NCBI GenBank assembly: GCA_038258285.1 | Contig: JBBSQA010000005.1 | Span: forward strand, 36,929-100,928 | Direction of reading: 5' to 3' | Length of the DNA stretch: 64,000 bases | Source: Actinomycetales bacterium | GTDB lineage: Bacteria; Actinomycetota; Actinomycetes; Actinomycetales; Dermatophilaceae | In this document: piece after piece, positions 37,381-47,824 of the stretch | Layout: each line of letters begins with the position of its first letter | Position numbering within the stretch: the first letter of the stretch is position 1 | Made by a program: the position numbers and the translations under genes | Notes under the pieces: generated by a model | What the model was told of the DNA's origin: nothing | The model's database searches: none | The model's input: only the letters and a program-made list of their open reading frames with translations

Positions 37381-38877
37381 ATGGTGCTCACGTCAACGAC
37401 GACAGACAGTGCGAGCAGCGACGTGGTGCTCGCCGATCTCGCACGCCACCTGCGCTCGCACCTGCCTGCCGACAGCGTCATCACCGATCACACGCAGCTG
37501 CGCACCTACGAGTGCGACGGCATCACTGGCTACCGTGTCCTTCCGGCGCTGGTCGCCCTGCCGCGCAACACGCACGAGGTCGCGCTCGTCGTCGCGGCCT
37601 GCGCTCAGTCCCACGTCCCCTTCGTGGCTCGCGGTGCGGGCACCGGGCTGTCCGGCGGGGCGGTGCCCGTGCTGGGTGGGGTGGTGATCAGCCTGGCCCG
37701 GATGCGGGGCGTGGGTGACGTGGACGTGGTGAACCAGCGGATCACGGTGGAGCCGGGGGTCACCAATCTGGACATCTCGAGAGCAGCGGCCGCAGACGGC
37801 CTCTACTACGCCCCGGACCCCTCGAGCCAGTCGGTCTGCACCATCGGCGGCAACATCGCCGAGAACTCCGGCGGCGCGCACTGCCTGAAGTACGGCTTCA
37901 CCACCAACCACGTGCTCTCGATGACGATGGTGCTGCCCGACGGGTCGGTCATCGAGGTCGGTGGCGACGGGGTCGAAGGCGTCGGGCCGGACCTGCGCGG
38001 GGTGGTCATCGGCTCTGAGGGCACGCTGGGGATCGCGACGTCCATCATCGTGCGGCTGCTGCGCGTGCCCGAGACCGTGCGGACCCTGGTAGCCGACTTC
38101 GACTCGGCTCAGGCGGCCGGGGACGCGGTCAGCGCGATCATCGCCGACGGCATCATCCCCGCGGCGGTGGAGATGCTGGATGCCCTCGCGATCGAGGCGT
38201 GCGAGGCTGCCGTGAAGGCGGGCTACACCGTGGGCTGCGCTGCTGCCCTGGTCGTCGAGCTGGACGGGCCCGCGACCGAAGTCGAACAGCGGTTCGCCGA
38301 CGTCGAGCGGATCTGCCGGGACGCAGGAAGCACGCACCTGCGTATCGCCCAGAGCGCTCACGAACGCGCGCTGATCTGGAAGGGTCGCAAGGCGGCGTTC
38401 GCCGCAATGGGCAGAATCAGCCCCGACTACTACGTGCAGGACGGAGTCATTCCCCGCACCCGGTTGGGTGAAGCGCTGGCTCGGATGCAGGGGATGGCCG
38501 ATGAGGCCGGGTTACGGGTAGCCAACGTGTTCCACGCCGGTGACGGCAACCTGCACCCGTTGGTCCTCTTCGATGCCGACGTCGAGGGCGAGGCCCACCG
38601 GGGTGGTGAGCTGTCCACTGCGATCGCGGAGCTGTGTGTGGAGATGGGGGGGTCGATCACCGGAGAGCACGGCGTCGGCACCGATAAGGCCTGCTCCATG
38701 CCGAAGATGTTCTCCGAGGAGGACCTCGCGGTGATGCTGCGACTGAGGACCGCCATCGACCCGGACGGACTGGCCAACCCGGGCAAGATCTTCCCCACTC
38801 CGCGGCTGTGCGGCGAGCGGCCAGGGCCCTATCGGGTGCATCCCCTCGAAGCCGCCGGCCTGATCGAGCGACTATGA
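37381..38877 (+). CDS. glcD: Glycolate oxidase FAD subunit
   Basis: RGAGTGLSGG, PDPSS, GGAHCLKYG, GSEGTLG, HAGDGNLHP, GEHGVG, NPGK. Confidence 0.92.
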   Translation: MVLTSTTTDSASSDVVLADLARHLRSHLPADSVITDHTQLRTYECDGITGYRVLPALVALPRNTHEVALVVAACAQSHVPFVARGAGTGLSGGAVPVLGGVVISLARMRGVGDVDVVNQRITVEPGVTNLDISRAAAADGLYYAPDPSSQSVCTIGGNIAENSGGAHCLKYGFTTNHVLSMTMVLPDGSVIEVGGDGVEGVGPDLRGVVIGSEGTLGIATSIIVRLLRVPETVRTLVADFDSAQAAGDAVSAIIADGIIPAAVEMLDALAIEACEAAVKAGYTVGCAAALVVELDGPATEVEQRFADVERICRDAGSTHLRIAQSAHERALIWKGRKAAFAAMGRISPDYYVQDGVIPRTRLGEALARMQGMADEAGLRVANVFHAGDGNLHPLVLFDADVEGEAHRGGELSTAIAELCVEMGGSITGEHGVGTDKACSMPKMFSEEDLAVMLRLRTAIDPDGLANPGKIFPTPRLCGERPGPYRVHPLEAAGLIERL

Positions 38878-38908
38878 ACAGCAGTCAGTGCCCGGTCAGG
38901 CGGGGTAG

Positions 38909-40072
38909 ATGAGCACGGTCTCGCCGTCGACGGCGGTGGAAGCCGCTGATCTGCTCGCCGACACTCGAGGATCCGTGGTGATCCTGGGAGGCCGCACCAA
39001 GGCCGACTGGGGAGGCCGGGTCGACCGTCCCGATCTGGTCCTGGACACCAGCGCGATGCGCGGTTTGATCACTCACAACCCTGCGGACATGACGGCCTCA
39101 GTGCGAGCCGGGACAACGCTGACCGCCCTTCAGGAACACCTCGCCTCCTCAAACCAGTGGCTCGCCATCGACCCCGCCACGGCCGCCCGCGGAGCCACGA
39201 TCGGTGGACTGCTCGCGGCGGGGGATAGTGGACCGGCACGACTGCGCTACGGAGGTCTGCGGGATCTCGTGATCGGGGTCACCCTGGTCTTGGCCGATGG
39301 TGCGACCGGGCGCTCCGGCGGCCACGTCATCAAGAACGTGGCCGGCTACGACCTGGCCAAGCTGGTCAACGGATCGCTGGGGAGCCTCGCCCTGGTCGCT
39401 GAGGTGGTCGTGCGCCTCCACCCGTTGCCCCAGTCGGTCACGGTCACCGGCGCGACGGGTCTCGAGTCGGCAGCACGTGTGACAGCGGCGTTGGGCAGAA
39501 GCTCCCTCGATCCCGCCGCCGTCGAGTGGAGCTCGCATACCCAGCAGATCCTGGTGCGGCTCGACGGTTCACCTGAACATCGGGCCCATGCCAGCGCGGC
39601 GGTCCGGTCGGTGCTGCACGAGCACCGCATCGACTCCGAGTTGCTGGAGCCTGAAAGAGCGACGTCGGTCTGGCGAGACCATGCGGAGCAGGTCCTCGGT
39701 CAACCCGAAGAAACCGTGGCGAGGATCTGCAGCCGCCCCAGCGACGCGACATACCTTGCATCGGCTTCGCAGCGAGCCAGCACCGAGCATGGGGTGAAGG
39801 TGAGCCTGCTCTCCAGCATGGCGCTCGGCATCCATACCGTGCGGTTCCGGGGGGCAGCTACGCAGGGCCACGCTCGGGCCATGACGGATCTTCGCAAAGA
39901 GGCCCACCGGTGCGGGGCGAGCGTGCTGCTGAGGCAGCGGCCCCGAAGCGTCGACGAGCACCTCCCGGCGATGGGCGAGCCACCCTCCAGCATCGAGGTG
40001 CTGCGGCGGGTCAAGTCCGCGTTCGACCCCACCGCCCGGCTGGCGCCGGGCCGCTTCGAAGGCTGGTACTGA
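38909..40072 (+). CDS. glcE: Glycolate oxidase FAD-binding subunit
   Basis: ATIGG, RDLVIG, GGHVIKNVAGYDL, KSAFDP...PGRF. Confidence 0.9.
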   Translation: MSTVSPSTAVEAADLLADTRGSVVILGGRTKADWGGRVDRPDLVLDTSAMRGLITHNPADMTASVRAGTTLTALQEHLASSNQWLAIDPATAARGATIGGLLAAGDSGPARLRYGGLRDLVIGVTLVLADGATGRSGGHVIKNVAGYDLAKLVNGSLGSLALVAEVVVRLHPLPQSVTVTGATGLESAARVTAALGRSSLDPAAVEWSSHTQQILVRLDGSPEHRAHASAAVRSVLHEHRIDSELLEPERATSVWRDHAEQVLGQPEETVARICSRPSDATYLASASQRASTEHGVKVSLLSSMALGIHTVRFRGAATQGHARAMTDLRKEAHRCGASVLLRQRPRSVDEHLPAMGEPPSSIEVLRRVKSAFDPTARLAPGRFEGWY

Positions 40073-41445
40073 TGGATGCGACACCCAGGCACGCGTTGTT
40101 CGAGGCCTTCGACTCCGTGCGACCACCGAGCGACGCGCTGATCGACGACTGTGTGCACTGCGGCTTCTGCCTGCCGACCTGCCCGACGTACCTGCTGGAG
40201 GGTCAGGAGGCGAACTCCCCCCGCGGGCGGATCTACCAGATGAGAATGGCCAAGGACGGCGAGGTGCCGATGGACACGACGTTCGTGAGCAACTTCGACG
40301 CCTGTCTCGGGTGCATGGCATGCGTGACTTCCTGCCCCTCCGGGGTGAAGTACGACCAGCTCATCGAAGCCGTCCGCCCCCAGATCGAACGGAACTGGAC
40401 CCGCACCCGGGGGGACCGCGCCTTCCGAGCGTTGATCTTCGCCCTGTTTCCCTATCCGAACCGGCTCCGACCTGCGGCGTTCCTCGGAGCGCTCTACCAG
40501 CGTCTCGGCGGGAGCAGACTCCTGGCGAGGACCGGTCTGTACCAGCGCCTACCCGCCCGGTTGCGCGCCATGGAGGCGCTGCTGCCGCCGTTGTCCTGGC
40601 GCAGCGTGGTGGCGCATCAGCCGGCGTTCACTCCGGCTGATGGCCCACGCCGAGCCCGGATCGGCCTGCTGTCTGGTTGCGTGCAGCGGGTCTTCTTCGG
40701 TGACGTCAACGCGGCGGCCACCCGGGTGTTGGCGGCGGAGGGGTGTGACGTAGTGGCTCCACGGCAGCAGACGTGCTGTGGAGCCTTGTCCGGTCACGCT
40801 GGGCGCGACGAGGAGGCCCGGCAGCGAGCCCGCGACCTGATCGAGGTGTTCGAGGCCGCCGAGGTCGACGCCATCGCGGTCACCGTGGCCGGATGCGGGT
40901 CGGCGATGAAGGAGTACGGCGTTCTCTTGCGCGACGATCCGGACTACGCGGAGCGGGCGGTCACGCTGGCGGCACGGGTCAAGGACATCAGCGAGGTGTT
41001 GGCCGACCTTGGCCCCCGGGCCTCGCGGCGGCCCGTCCCGGCGACCGTGGCCTACCACGACGCCTGCCACCTGCGGCACGCGCAGGGCATCACCGAGCAA
41101 CCGAGGGCCGTGCTCCGTCAGATCCCACAGCTGCGGGTGGTCGACATTCCCGAAGCGGAGATCTGCTGCGGGTCGGCCGGCATCTACAACCTGGTCCAGC
41201 CGGAAGCGGCAGAGCAGCTGGGTCGACGCAAGGTCGAGCACATCGCTTCGACCGCGCCCGATGCCGTGGTGACCGCGAATGCGGGCTGTCTGCTGCAGAT
41301 CCGCCGCTATCTCGACGACGGCGTCCCCCTGTTCCACCCGATCCAGTTGGTCGACGCCTCGATCCGTGGGATAGACCTCCTCAGTGCCGGACCCATCGAC
41401 GGCCGCAGCGACGAAGCGTCAGCTGATCACGGGCCACCTCGCTAG
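40072..41445 (+). CDS. glcF: Glycolate oxidase Fe-S subunit
   Basis: CVHCGFCLPTCP, CLGCMACVTSCP, two CCG domains. Confidence 0.92.
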   Translation: MDATPRHALFEAFDSVRPPSDALIDDCVHCGFCLPTCPTYLLEGQEANSPRGRIYQMRMAKDGEVPMDTTFVSNFDACLGCMACVTSCPSGVKYDQLIEAVRPQIERNWTRTRGDRAFRALIFALFPYPNRLRPAAFLGALYQRLGGSRLLARTGLYQRLPARLRAMEALLPPLSWRSVVAHQPAFTPADGPRRARIGLLSGCVQRVFFGDVNAAATRVLAAEGCDVVAPRQQTCCGALSGHAGRDEEARQRARDLIEVFEAAEVDAIAVTVAGCGSAMKEYGVLLRDDPDYAERAVTLAARVKDISEVLADLGPRASRRPVPATVAYHDACHLRHAQGITEQPRAVLRQIPQLRVVDIPEAEICCGSAGIYNLVQPEAAEQLGRRKVEHIASTAPDAVVTANAGCLLQIRRYLDDGVPLFHPIQLVDASIRGIDLLSAGPIDGRSDEASADHGPPR

Positions 41446-41957
41446 AGGTCGCGTTGGACCCAGGTGACGTCACACCAACGGTCGAACTTGTACCCCACCC
41501 GACGAAAGACCCCGATCGTCTCGAAACCCAGGTCCGCGTGCATGCGTTCGCTGGCGTCGTTCGGCAGGGTCGCACCCGCCACGGCGGTCCGGAACCCCAT
41601 CTCGCCCAAGCGGTCGAGGAGTGCTAGGTAGAGCGTCCGCCCCCGGCCGGCGCCCCGTCGCCCCCGATCCAGGTAGACGCTCGTCTCGCACGACCATCGA
41701 TAGGCCGCCCGCGGACGATAGGTGCCCCCGTAGGTGTATCCGATGATCACGCCGTCGACCTCGCCCACCAGCCACGCGTGGTGCACCTGTGCGGTCTCGA
41801 TGCGCCGGGTGAACTCTTGGGCGGAAGGCGCGACCTCCTCGAACGTGATGGTGGTGTCGGTGACGTAGGGGGCATAGATCGCTGCGCACGCCGCGGCGTC
41901 GGCGACCGGGTCAGCGTTGCGGATCACCATGTGCGGGTGCTCACCGACGGCGGTCAT
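41442..41957 (-). CDS. Phosphinothricin/methionine-sulfoximine N-acetyltransferase-like GNAT
   Basis: IYAPYV..TTITFE, RAAYRWSCETSVY, LPNDAS, VGYKFDRWCDV. Confidence 0.9.
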   Translation of the reverse strand: MTAVGEHPHMVIRNADPVADAAACAAIYAPYVTDTTITFEEVAPSAQEFTRRIETAQVHHAWLVGEVDGVIIGYTYGGTYRPRAAYRWSCETSVYLDRGRRGAGRGRTLYLALLDRLGEMGFRTAVAGATLPNDASERMHADLGFETIGVFRRVGYKFDRWCDVTWVQRDL

Positions 41958-42002
41958 GGCCGGAGTCTGCCAAGCCCTGGCCCTCGGTGGAAAGATGAGG
42001 CG

Positions 42003-42434
42003 ATGTCCGAGGCGGCGAGGGTCAGCATGGCGGCGCCGCCAGCGATGGTGTGGCGCGTGCTGGTCGACATCGATCAGTGGCCGTCGTGGTCGTCGAGTGT
42101 GCTGTCCGTGACCCGTGAGGACGGGGACGAGCAGACGGCATACCGAGTCGAGCAACCCCCCTTGCCCTCCGCGCTGTGGACGGTCACCGAGTCACGCCCC
42201 GGCCGCACGTTCGGCTGGCAGTCCCAGGGCGTGTCGTCGGTGATGAGCGCCACGTACGAGCTCGTCGCTGACGAGACGGACGGGTCGACGCCGGGAAGCG
42301 TCGTCTCGGTCGACCTCGCCTGGTCGGGCCGGATGGCCTGGGTGGCACGCGCCGCGTACGGACCCATCAGCATCCGCTATGCCGACGGGCACCTACACGC
42401 GTTGAGACAAAGGTGTGAGGCGGGGACAGCGTGA
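42003..42434 (+). CDS. SRPBCC/START-fold protein
   Basis: APPAMVWRVLVDIDQWPSW, VEQPPLP..LWTVT..PGRTFGW. Confidence 0.8.
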   Translation: MSEAARVSMAAPPAMVWRVLVDIDQWPSWSSSVLSVTREDGDEQTAYRVEQPPLPSALWTVTESRPGRTFGWQSQGVSSVMSATYELVADETDGSTPGSVVSVDLAWSGRMAWVARAAYGPISIRYADGHLHALRQRCEAGTA

Positions 42435-42458
42435 CGCCGTCTTCTTGAGCCGCTGCGC

Positions 42459-44147
42459 TCAGCGTCGCGCGTCTGCTGTGAGGTGGGAGTGGATCAGCGG
42501 CACGACGGATGCCCCCTCGCCCGTTGCTGCCGCCACTCGCTTCATGGAACCGGAGCGGATGTCGCCGACCGCGAACACTCCCGGCAGGGTGGTCTCGAGG
42601 CTGGCCGGCGGGAGGCCATCCACCCAGTCGCTCTGCGGCACATCTCGGCCGGTCAGTACGAAGCCGCGCTCGTCCATCCGGACCTGCTCCGGAAGCCACT
42701 CGCAGTGCGGCTCGGCGCCGAGCAGGAGGAACAGTCCCCGTGCCTCACGTCGCTCCGAGTGTTGGGTGGTCGTGCTCATCAGCTCGAGCCATTCCAACCG
42801 GCCGTCGCCCCCGCCGTCACTCACGACGGTGTGCGGCTGGACGGTGATGGTGTCGTTGGCCTCGATCTCCTCGACCAGGTATCGCGACATGGTTGAGGCC
42901 AACCCTTTCCGTCGGACCAGGATGGTGACCGATCGGGCGAACTTGGCCAGGTGGACGGCGGCCTGACCTGCAGAGTTACCCCCACCGACCACGAAGGTGT
43001 CGCCGTCTTCCATCTCACGGGCTGCCGTCATGGCGGCACCGTAGAAGACGCCGCTACCGACCAGGTCCTCCAGGGGTTGGACCCCTAGACGGCGATACGC
43101 CACCCCCGTCGCGATGACGATCGAGCGGGCCTGGAGGTCGCCACCGTCGGTATGCAGCGTGAACGGTTCGGCCTGCCCACCGGGCTCCAGGGCCTTCGCC
43201 TCCCACCCGGTGACGAACTCGGTGCCGAAACGCAAGGACTGGTTGCGGGCTCGCTGCGCCAACCTCATCCCCGAGACCCCTCGGGGAAAGCCCAGATAGT
43301 TGCGGATCATCGAGCTGGTGCCGGCTTGCCCGCCGATCGCCTCGGACTCCACGACGACCGTGGACAGACCCTCGGAAGCGGCATACACCGCCGTGGCCAG
43401 GCCCGCCGGACCGGCGCCGACGATGACCACGTCGGCGGTGCCCTCGAGGTCGACGTCTTCCGAGCGGCCGAAGACGGTCGCCGCGACCTCACGGACCGTG
43501 GCCGGCACGAACGGCTCGCCGCGGACCGGGTCGACGACGGGCCACCCGGGCTCACCCTGGTGTCGGCCCAGAATCTCCCGCCCGATCTTGCTCTCCGGCG
43601 AATAGACGCGGTTGGGCAACCCCATCCGGTCCAGGAAGTCTCGGATGCCGAGCACCAACCGGTCGGCGTCCGGGGAGACCAACCGGACGCTGTCGACCAC
43701 CGGGGCGGCCACGGTCGAGCCCCAGTCCGAGAGCAGCTCGGCGACGGCCGTGTGGAACTCCTCGTCCCGGACCCCGCGGGGCATCAGGAGATAGGCGTCG
43801 TAGGTGCCCACGGCCATTCCCTTGCGCAGCTCGACGGCGTCGGTCAGGAAATGGTCGTGGTGCGCGGCAATCATCCGACGAGCCGTCGGCACCACCTGGC
43901 GCCAGGCGGCCAAAGCGTCCAAGATGTCCGCGTCCGGCAGGCGGCTCTCGGCGACGAAGAGGGCCACCGGGTAGTGGTGCGCGCGCAGCTCTTCCAGCAC
44001 CGACACCGCTTCGGCGCAGCTGCGGGCGGTGCGAAGGTAGTAGTCGCGGGAGTACCGACCGAACTCATCGCGCAGCAAGTCGCCCCGATGCTCGGAGACG
44101 AGCACGATGGCGGGGCGCTGAGGGGCATCAGACGTGGGCTCGATCAC
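42459..44147 (-). CDS. Receiver-like domain fused to a thioredoxin-reductase-fold FAD oxidoreductase
   Basis: VGAGPAG, GGQAGTSS.IRNYLGFP, IATG, VGGGNSAGQ, GVFAVGD; N-terminal 140 aa is receiver-like. Confidence 0.88.
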   Translation of the reverse strand: MIEPTSDAPQRPAIVLVSEHRGDLLRDEFGRYSRDYYLRTARSCAEAVSVLEELRAHHYPVALFVAESRLPDADILDALAAWRQVVPTARRMIAAHHDHFLTDAVELRKGMAVGTYDAYLLMPRGVRDEEFHTAVAELLSDWGSTVAAPVVDSVRLVSPDADRLVLGIRDFLDRMGLPNRVYSPESKIGREILGRHQGEPGWPVVDPVRGEPFVPATVREVAATVFGRSEDVDLEGTADVVIVGAGPAGLATAVYAASEGLSTVVVESEAIGGQAGTSSMIRNYLGFPRGVSGMRLAQRARNQSLRFGTEFVTGWEAKALEPGGQAEPFTLHTDGGDLQARSIVIATGVAYRRLGVQPLEDLVGSGVFYGAAMTAAREMEDGDTFVVGGGNSAGQAAVHLAKFARSVTILVRRKGLASTMSRYLVEEIEANDTITVQPHTVVSDGGGDGRLEWLELMSTTTQHSERREARGLFLLLGAEPHCEWLPEQVRMDERGFVLTGRDVPQSDWVDGLPPASLETTLPGVFAVGDIRSGSMKRVAAATGEGASVVPLIHSHLTADARR

Positions 44148-44185
44148 GCTTCGATGGTAGGCCGCAGGACCGACCCGGGTGCCGC

Positions 44186-44869
44186 TCAGGTCTCGGTTGC
44201 GCTGACCAGAGCCTGCACCAGAGTGGTCGGCGCACTGAACATCGGCCAGTGACCGGTGTCAATATCGACGAAGGTGAGGTGTTTGGTCTGCGCCAGCTCG
44301 GGCGCGTCTCCGGCGTCGATCCACCCGCGCGCGTCCTGCGGGGAGAACTCCGGACAGATCACGACCGTCCGCACGTCGTGCCTGCCGGAATCATGGTAGT
44401 GAACCAGCGCTTTGGTCACCCCTTCCGGCACCGGAATGGCGCCTGCCTCCATTTTCCGCCGCGTCGGTGCGTCGAGGTCATCGGAGTCCGGGCCGGCGAA
44501 GGTCTCCCACCCGGGGAAAGCCATGTGACCGTCCTCGGTCGGCAGGAAATCGGCATACGCATCGCCGTCGGAAGAGGGGAAGCCGCCGATCAGCACCACC
44601 TGGGCGACGCGGCTCGCGCGCGCGTCGGCGGTCATCCAGGCCAAGGTGCACGCTGCTGAATGGCCGACGACCATCGGGGGGCTCGCAGCCGCGTCGACGA
44701 CCGCCAGCACCGCCGCGAGCTGCTCGGCGAGGGTGGCCGACGTGCTTCCGTCACCCTGGCCGGGCAGGGTGACCGGGTGCACCCGGTGGCCCTGCTCCTG
44801 CAGCCCGGGCACGACCTCATCCCACGCGTGTCCATCCAGCCACAGCCCTGCGATCAAGACGATATCCAT
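44186..44869 (-). CDS. Alpha/beta hydrolase
   Basis: LIAGLW, LPGQG, VGHSA nucleophile, GHWPMF; GGAGGAG RBS. Confidence 0.88.
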   Translation of the reverse strand: MDIVLIAGLWLDGHAWDEVVPGLQEQGHRVHPVTLPGQGDGSTSATLAEQLAAVLAVVDAAASPPMVVGHSAACTLAWMTADARASRVAQVVLIGGFPSSDGDAYADFLPTEDGHMAFPGWETFAGPDSDDLDAPTRRKMEAGAIPVPEGVTKALVHYHDSGRHDVRTVVICPEFSPQDARGWIDAGDAPELAQTKHLTFVDIDTGHWPMFSAPTTLVQALVSATET

Positions 44870-44917
44870 GCGTCGCACTCCTCCCGTCGGGATCGGTGGT
44901 GGCTCCACCGCTCGGAG

Positions 44918-45337
44918 TCATTCTGCTGCTGTTCCCTCCGGCTGGCGAGCACGGGAAAGGTCGCGCAGCGCCTGCATGGCCTCGTGAGCCTGATCGACCG
45001 GCACCAGGAGGTGGTCATGGTGAAAGCCTGCCAGGACATTGCAGCTGATCCCCACCGCGCCCAGGGTCTGGGCGAAAGCGGCGGTCAGACCTACGGCCTC
45101 GAGCGAAGAGTGCACACCCAGGCTGATCCAGCGAAGGACGATGTCATAGGTCAGCTCGGCCACATCAGCATCGGGGCGGCGCAACACCACACTGACCCCT
45201 TCACCTTCGTTGATGGTCGCCTGGGCCGGCAGCCGGGCGGCGTCGGCCGGGGACACGCAGGCGTAGACGAACTCCCCTTCACGTAGCGAGGGTTCCAAGG
45301 TTGCGAGCATCGCCTCAAGGTCCGTCAACCCCGTCAT
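44918..45337 (-). CDS. ACT-domain protein (DUF2241-like)
   Basis: MTGLTDL..ML..LEP, VHSSLEAVGLTAA, GISCNVLAGFHHDHL. Confidence 0.85.
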   Translation of the reverse strand: MTGLTDLEAMLATLEPSLREGEFVYACVSPADAARLPAQATINEGEGVSVVLRRPDADVAELTYDIVLRWISLGVHSSLEAVGLTAAFAQTLGAVGISCNVLAGFHHDHLLVPVDQAHEAMQALRDLSRARQPEGTAAE

Positions 45338-45729
45338 GCATCGTCCAACCCGGTCGAGACGGTCGGTCGCCACAGCTCGCGGGCCGCGACCGCGCAGACC
45401 ACCCCACCGCCGAAGCTCATCACCAGCCCGGGGCCCGGGGCCCAGCCGGCGAACCCCACCAGGCTGACCATGCGCCCCACCTGCCACAAGGGCAATGCCA
45501 TCGCCACGGCCGCCACGATCAGTGCCTGCACCAGCGATGCCGGGCGGAAACGCGCGGGCAACAGCGCTCCGGCGAGCGCAAGCATGCCGACGTAGAAGAC
45601 CCACAGCCCGGCCCCACGCAGACCGCTGATCGGACCGACCGGACTGTAGAGCCACGGAAGCACCCCACCGACGAAGAGAAGCGGAGTCGCCAGAAGCAAC
45701 TTTCGCTGACCACGCTGACCCGACGTCAC
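45334..45729 (-). CDS. 4-TM hypothetical membrane protein
   Basis: Hydrophobic ORF (LPW, PGPGL) with ATGA overlap to the ACT gene. Confidence 0.65.
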   Translation of the reverse strand: MTSGQRGQRKLLLATPLLFVGGVLPWLYSPVGPISGLRGAGLWVFYVGMLALAGALLPARFRPASLVQALIVAAVAMALPLWQVGRMVSLVGFAGWAPGPGLVMSFGGGVVCAVAARELWRPTVSTGLDDA

Positions 45730-45834
45730 AAAAGATGAGGCTACCCCTTGACGGATCACCGGGTTCTGGGATGCTTTAGCCAGTCTGATGGGCCGACACC
45801 GAGGTCGCCATCACGAGGTGAGAGGCGATAGCCG

Positions 45835-46113
45835 ATGGACGCCGAACAACGTCGGGCCTACTGGCGGCGAAATCTTCGCCTCATGGCCGTCCTGCTCAGC
45901 ATCTGGGCCTTCGTGTCCTTTGGCTGCGGCATTCTTTTCGTGGACTTCCTCAACCAGGTGTCACTCCTGGGAGTCCCTTTGGGATTCTGGTTCGCGCAGC
46001 AAGGCTCGATTGTCGTCTTCGTCATCCTGATTGCCATTTACGTCTGGCGGATGGACAAGCTCGACAAGGAGTTCGGCATCGAGGAGTACGGGAGTGGGGT
46101 CCACCACTCGTGA
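45835..46113 (+). CDS. Solute:sodium symporter small subunit (DUF4212)
   Basis: YWRRN, PLGFWFAQQGSI, MDKLD; overlaps the symporter start. Confidence 0.88.
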   Translation: MDAEQRRAYWRRNLRLMAVLLSIWAFVSFGCGILFVDFLNQVSLLGVPLGFWFAQQGSIVVFVILIAIYVWRMDKLDKEFGIEEYGSGVHHS

Positions 46114-47807
46114 ACGACATCCAGCTCTGGACCACCGTCTTCGTCGTCATCACCTTCAGCATCTACATCTACCTCGCCTACGCCAGTCGAGTCACCGACA
46201 CTGCCGGCTTCTACGTGGCCGGAGGGGGCATTCCCGCTGCCGCCAACGGGGCTGCGGTGGCGGCCGACTGGATGAGCGCCGCGTCCTTCATCTCCCTGGC
46301 GGGGATCGTCGCGTTCTCCCAGAACGGATACGCCGGCTCGGTCTACCTGATGGGGTGGACCGGTGGGTACGTCCTGCTGGCGTTGCTGCTCGCGCCCTAC
46401 CTTCGCAAGTTCGGCAAGTACACCGTCCCGGACTTCGTGGGTGACCGATACTCCGAGACCGCCCGGCTCGTCGCAGTGGTCTGCGCCATCGTCGTCTCGT
46501 TCGTCTACGTGGCTGGACAGATGGCCGGAGTGGGGGTCGTCTTCCAGCGCTTCCTGCAGGTCAACCAGACGGTGGGCATCGTCCTCGGTATGGCGATCGT
46601 GTTCTTCTACGCCGTATTGGGCGGTATGAAGGGCATCACCTGGACCCAGGTGGCGCAGTACAGCGTCTTGATCGTGGCCTACATCATTCCGGCGGTGGCG
46701 ATCTCCAACCAGCTGACGGGCAACCCGTTCCCGCAGATCGGGTTCGGAGAGATTCTGAGCGAGCTGGACGCCCTGCAGCAAGAGTTGGGGATCGCGGCAT
46801 ACACCGAGGCGTTCACCCAGACCAGCCGGCTAAACATGGTGTTGATCACGGCGGCGCTGATGTTCGGGACGGCGGGTCTGCCGCACGTGATCGTCCGGTT
46901 CTACACCGCGAAGTCGGTGCGTGCGGCTCGGTACTCGGCCCTGTGGGCGCTGTTCTTCATCTCCTTGCTCTACACGACCGCTCCTGCGATCGGAGCGTTC
47001 AGCAAGTTCAACGTCCTCAACCAGCTGTCGGGGACCGAGGAGTCCGCGGCCCCTGGGTGGTACAACACGTGGAAGAGCGTCGGACTGATCGAGTTCAACG
47101 ACGTCAACGGCGACGGCCTGATCAACATTGCCGGCAGCGCTGACGCGGTCAACGAGCTGATCATCAACAACGACATCGTCGTCCTGGCCGCCCCGGAGAT
47201 CGCCGGCCTTCCTGCCCCCATCGTCGGTCTGGTGGCGGCCGGTGGTCTGGCCGCGGCCCTGTCGACCGCTTCCGGACTGCTTCTCGTCATCTCCTCCTCG
47301 GTGGCCAACGACGTGTACTACAAGAAGATCAACCCTCAGGCCAGCGACAAGCAGCAGCTTCTCGTCGGCCGGATAGCGATGGGCGGCGCAATCCTGGTCG
47401 CCGGTTACCTCGGGATCAACCCTCCGGGGTTCGTCGCGCAGGTGGTCGCGTTGGCCTTCGGCCTCGCTGCCGCGAGCTTCTTCCCGATCCTGGTGCTCGG
47501 CATCTTCTGGAAGAAGTGCACCGCCGCAGGGGCTACCGCGGGAATGATCGCGGGGCTGGGGACCACTCTGGCCTACCAGATCTGGACCATCGACATCTAC
47601 GGCAACAGTGCGGGCATCTTCGACATCCCCGAGACGGGCTTCGGCACGGTGGGGATGATCATCAACTTCGTGGTCACCATCGTGGTCTCGCAGTTCACCA
47701 CCAAGCCCACACCGGTCATGCAGCAGCTGATCGAGGACATCCGCTACCCCGGCCACACCGTCCTGACCGCCAAGCACGCCGCTGGTGACCTACCCGAGGA
47801 AGCCTGA
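46110..47807 (+). CDS. Sodium:solute symporter (ActP-related)
   Basis: AADWMSAASF, GGMKGITWTQ, GTAGLPHV, AAALSTASGLL. Confidence 0.93.
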   Translation: MNDIQLWTTVFVVITFSIYIYLAYASRVTDTAGFYVAGGGIPAAANGAAVAADWMSAASFISLAGIVAFSQNGYAGSVYLMGWTGGYVLLALLLAPYLRKFGKYTVPDFVGDRYSETARLVAVVCAIVVSFVYVAGQMAGVGVVFQRFLQVNQTVGIVLGMAIVFFYAVLGGMKGITWTQVAQYSVLIVAYIIPAVAISNQLTGNPFPQIGFGEILSELDALQQELGIAAYTEAFTQTSRLNMVLITAALMFGTAGLPHVIVRFYTAKSVRAARYSALWALFFISLLYTTAPAIGAFSKFNVLNQLSGTEESAAPGWYNTWKSVGLIEFNDVNGDGLINIAGSADAVNELIINNDIVVLAAPEIAGLPAPIVGLVAAGGLAAALSTASGLLLVISSSVANDVYYKKINPQASDKQQLLVGRIAMGGAILVAGYLGINPPGFVAQVVALAFGLAAASFFPILVLGIFWKKCTAAGATAGMIAGLGTTLAYQIWTIDIYGNSAGIFDIPETGFGTVGMIINFVVTIVVSQFTTKPTPVMQQLIEDIRYPGHTVLTAKHAAGDLPEEA

Positions 47808-47824
47808 CCTGGCCGGCGTCCGTC

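Noticed and set aside
37381-41445. glcDEF operon without an adjacent regulator or malate synthase
   Set aside because: Well-known system; split organisation is common.
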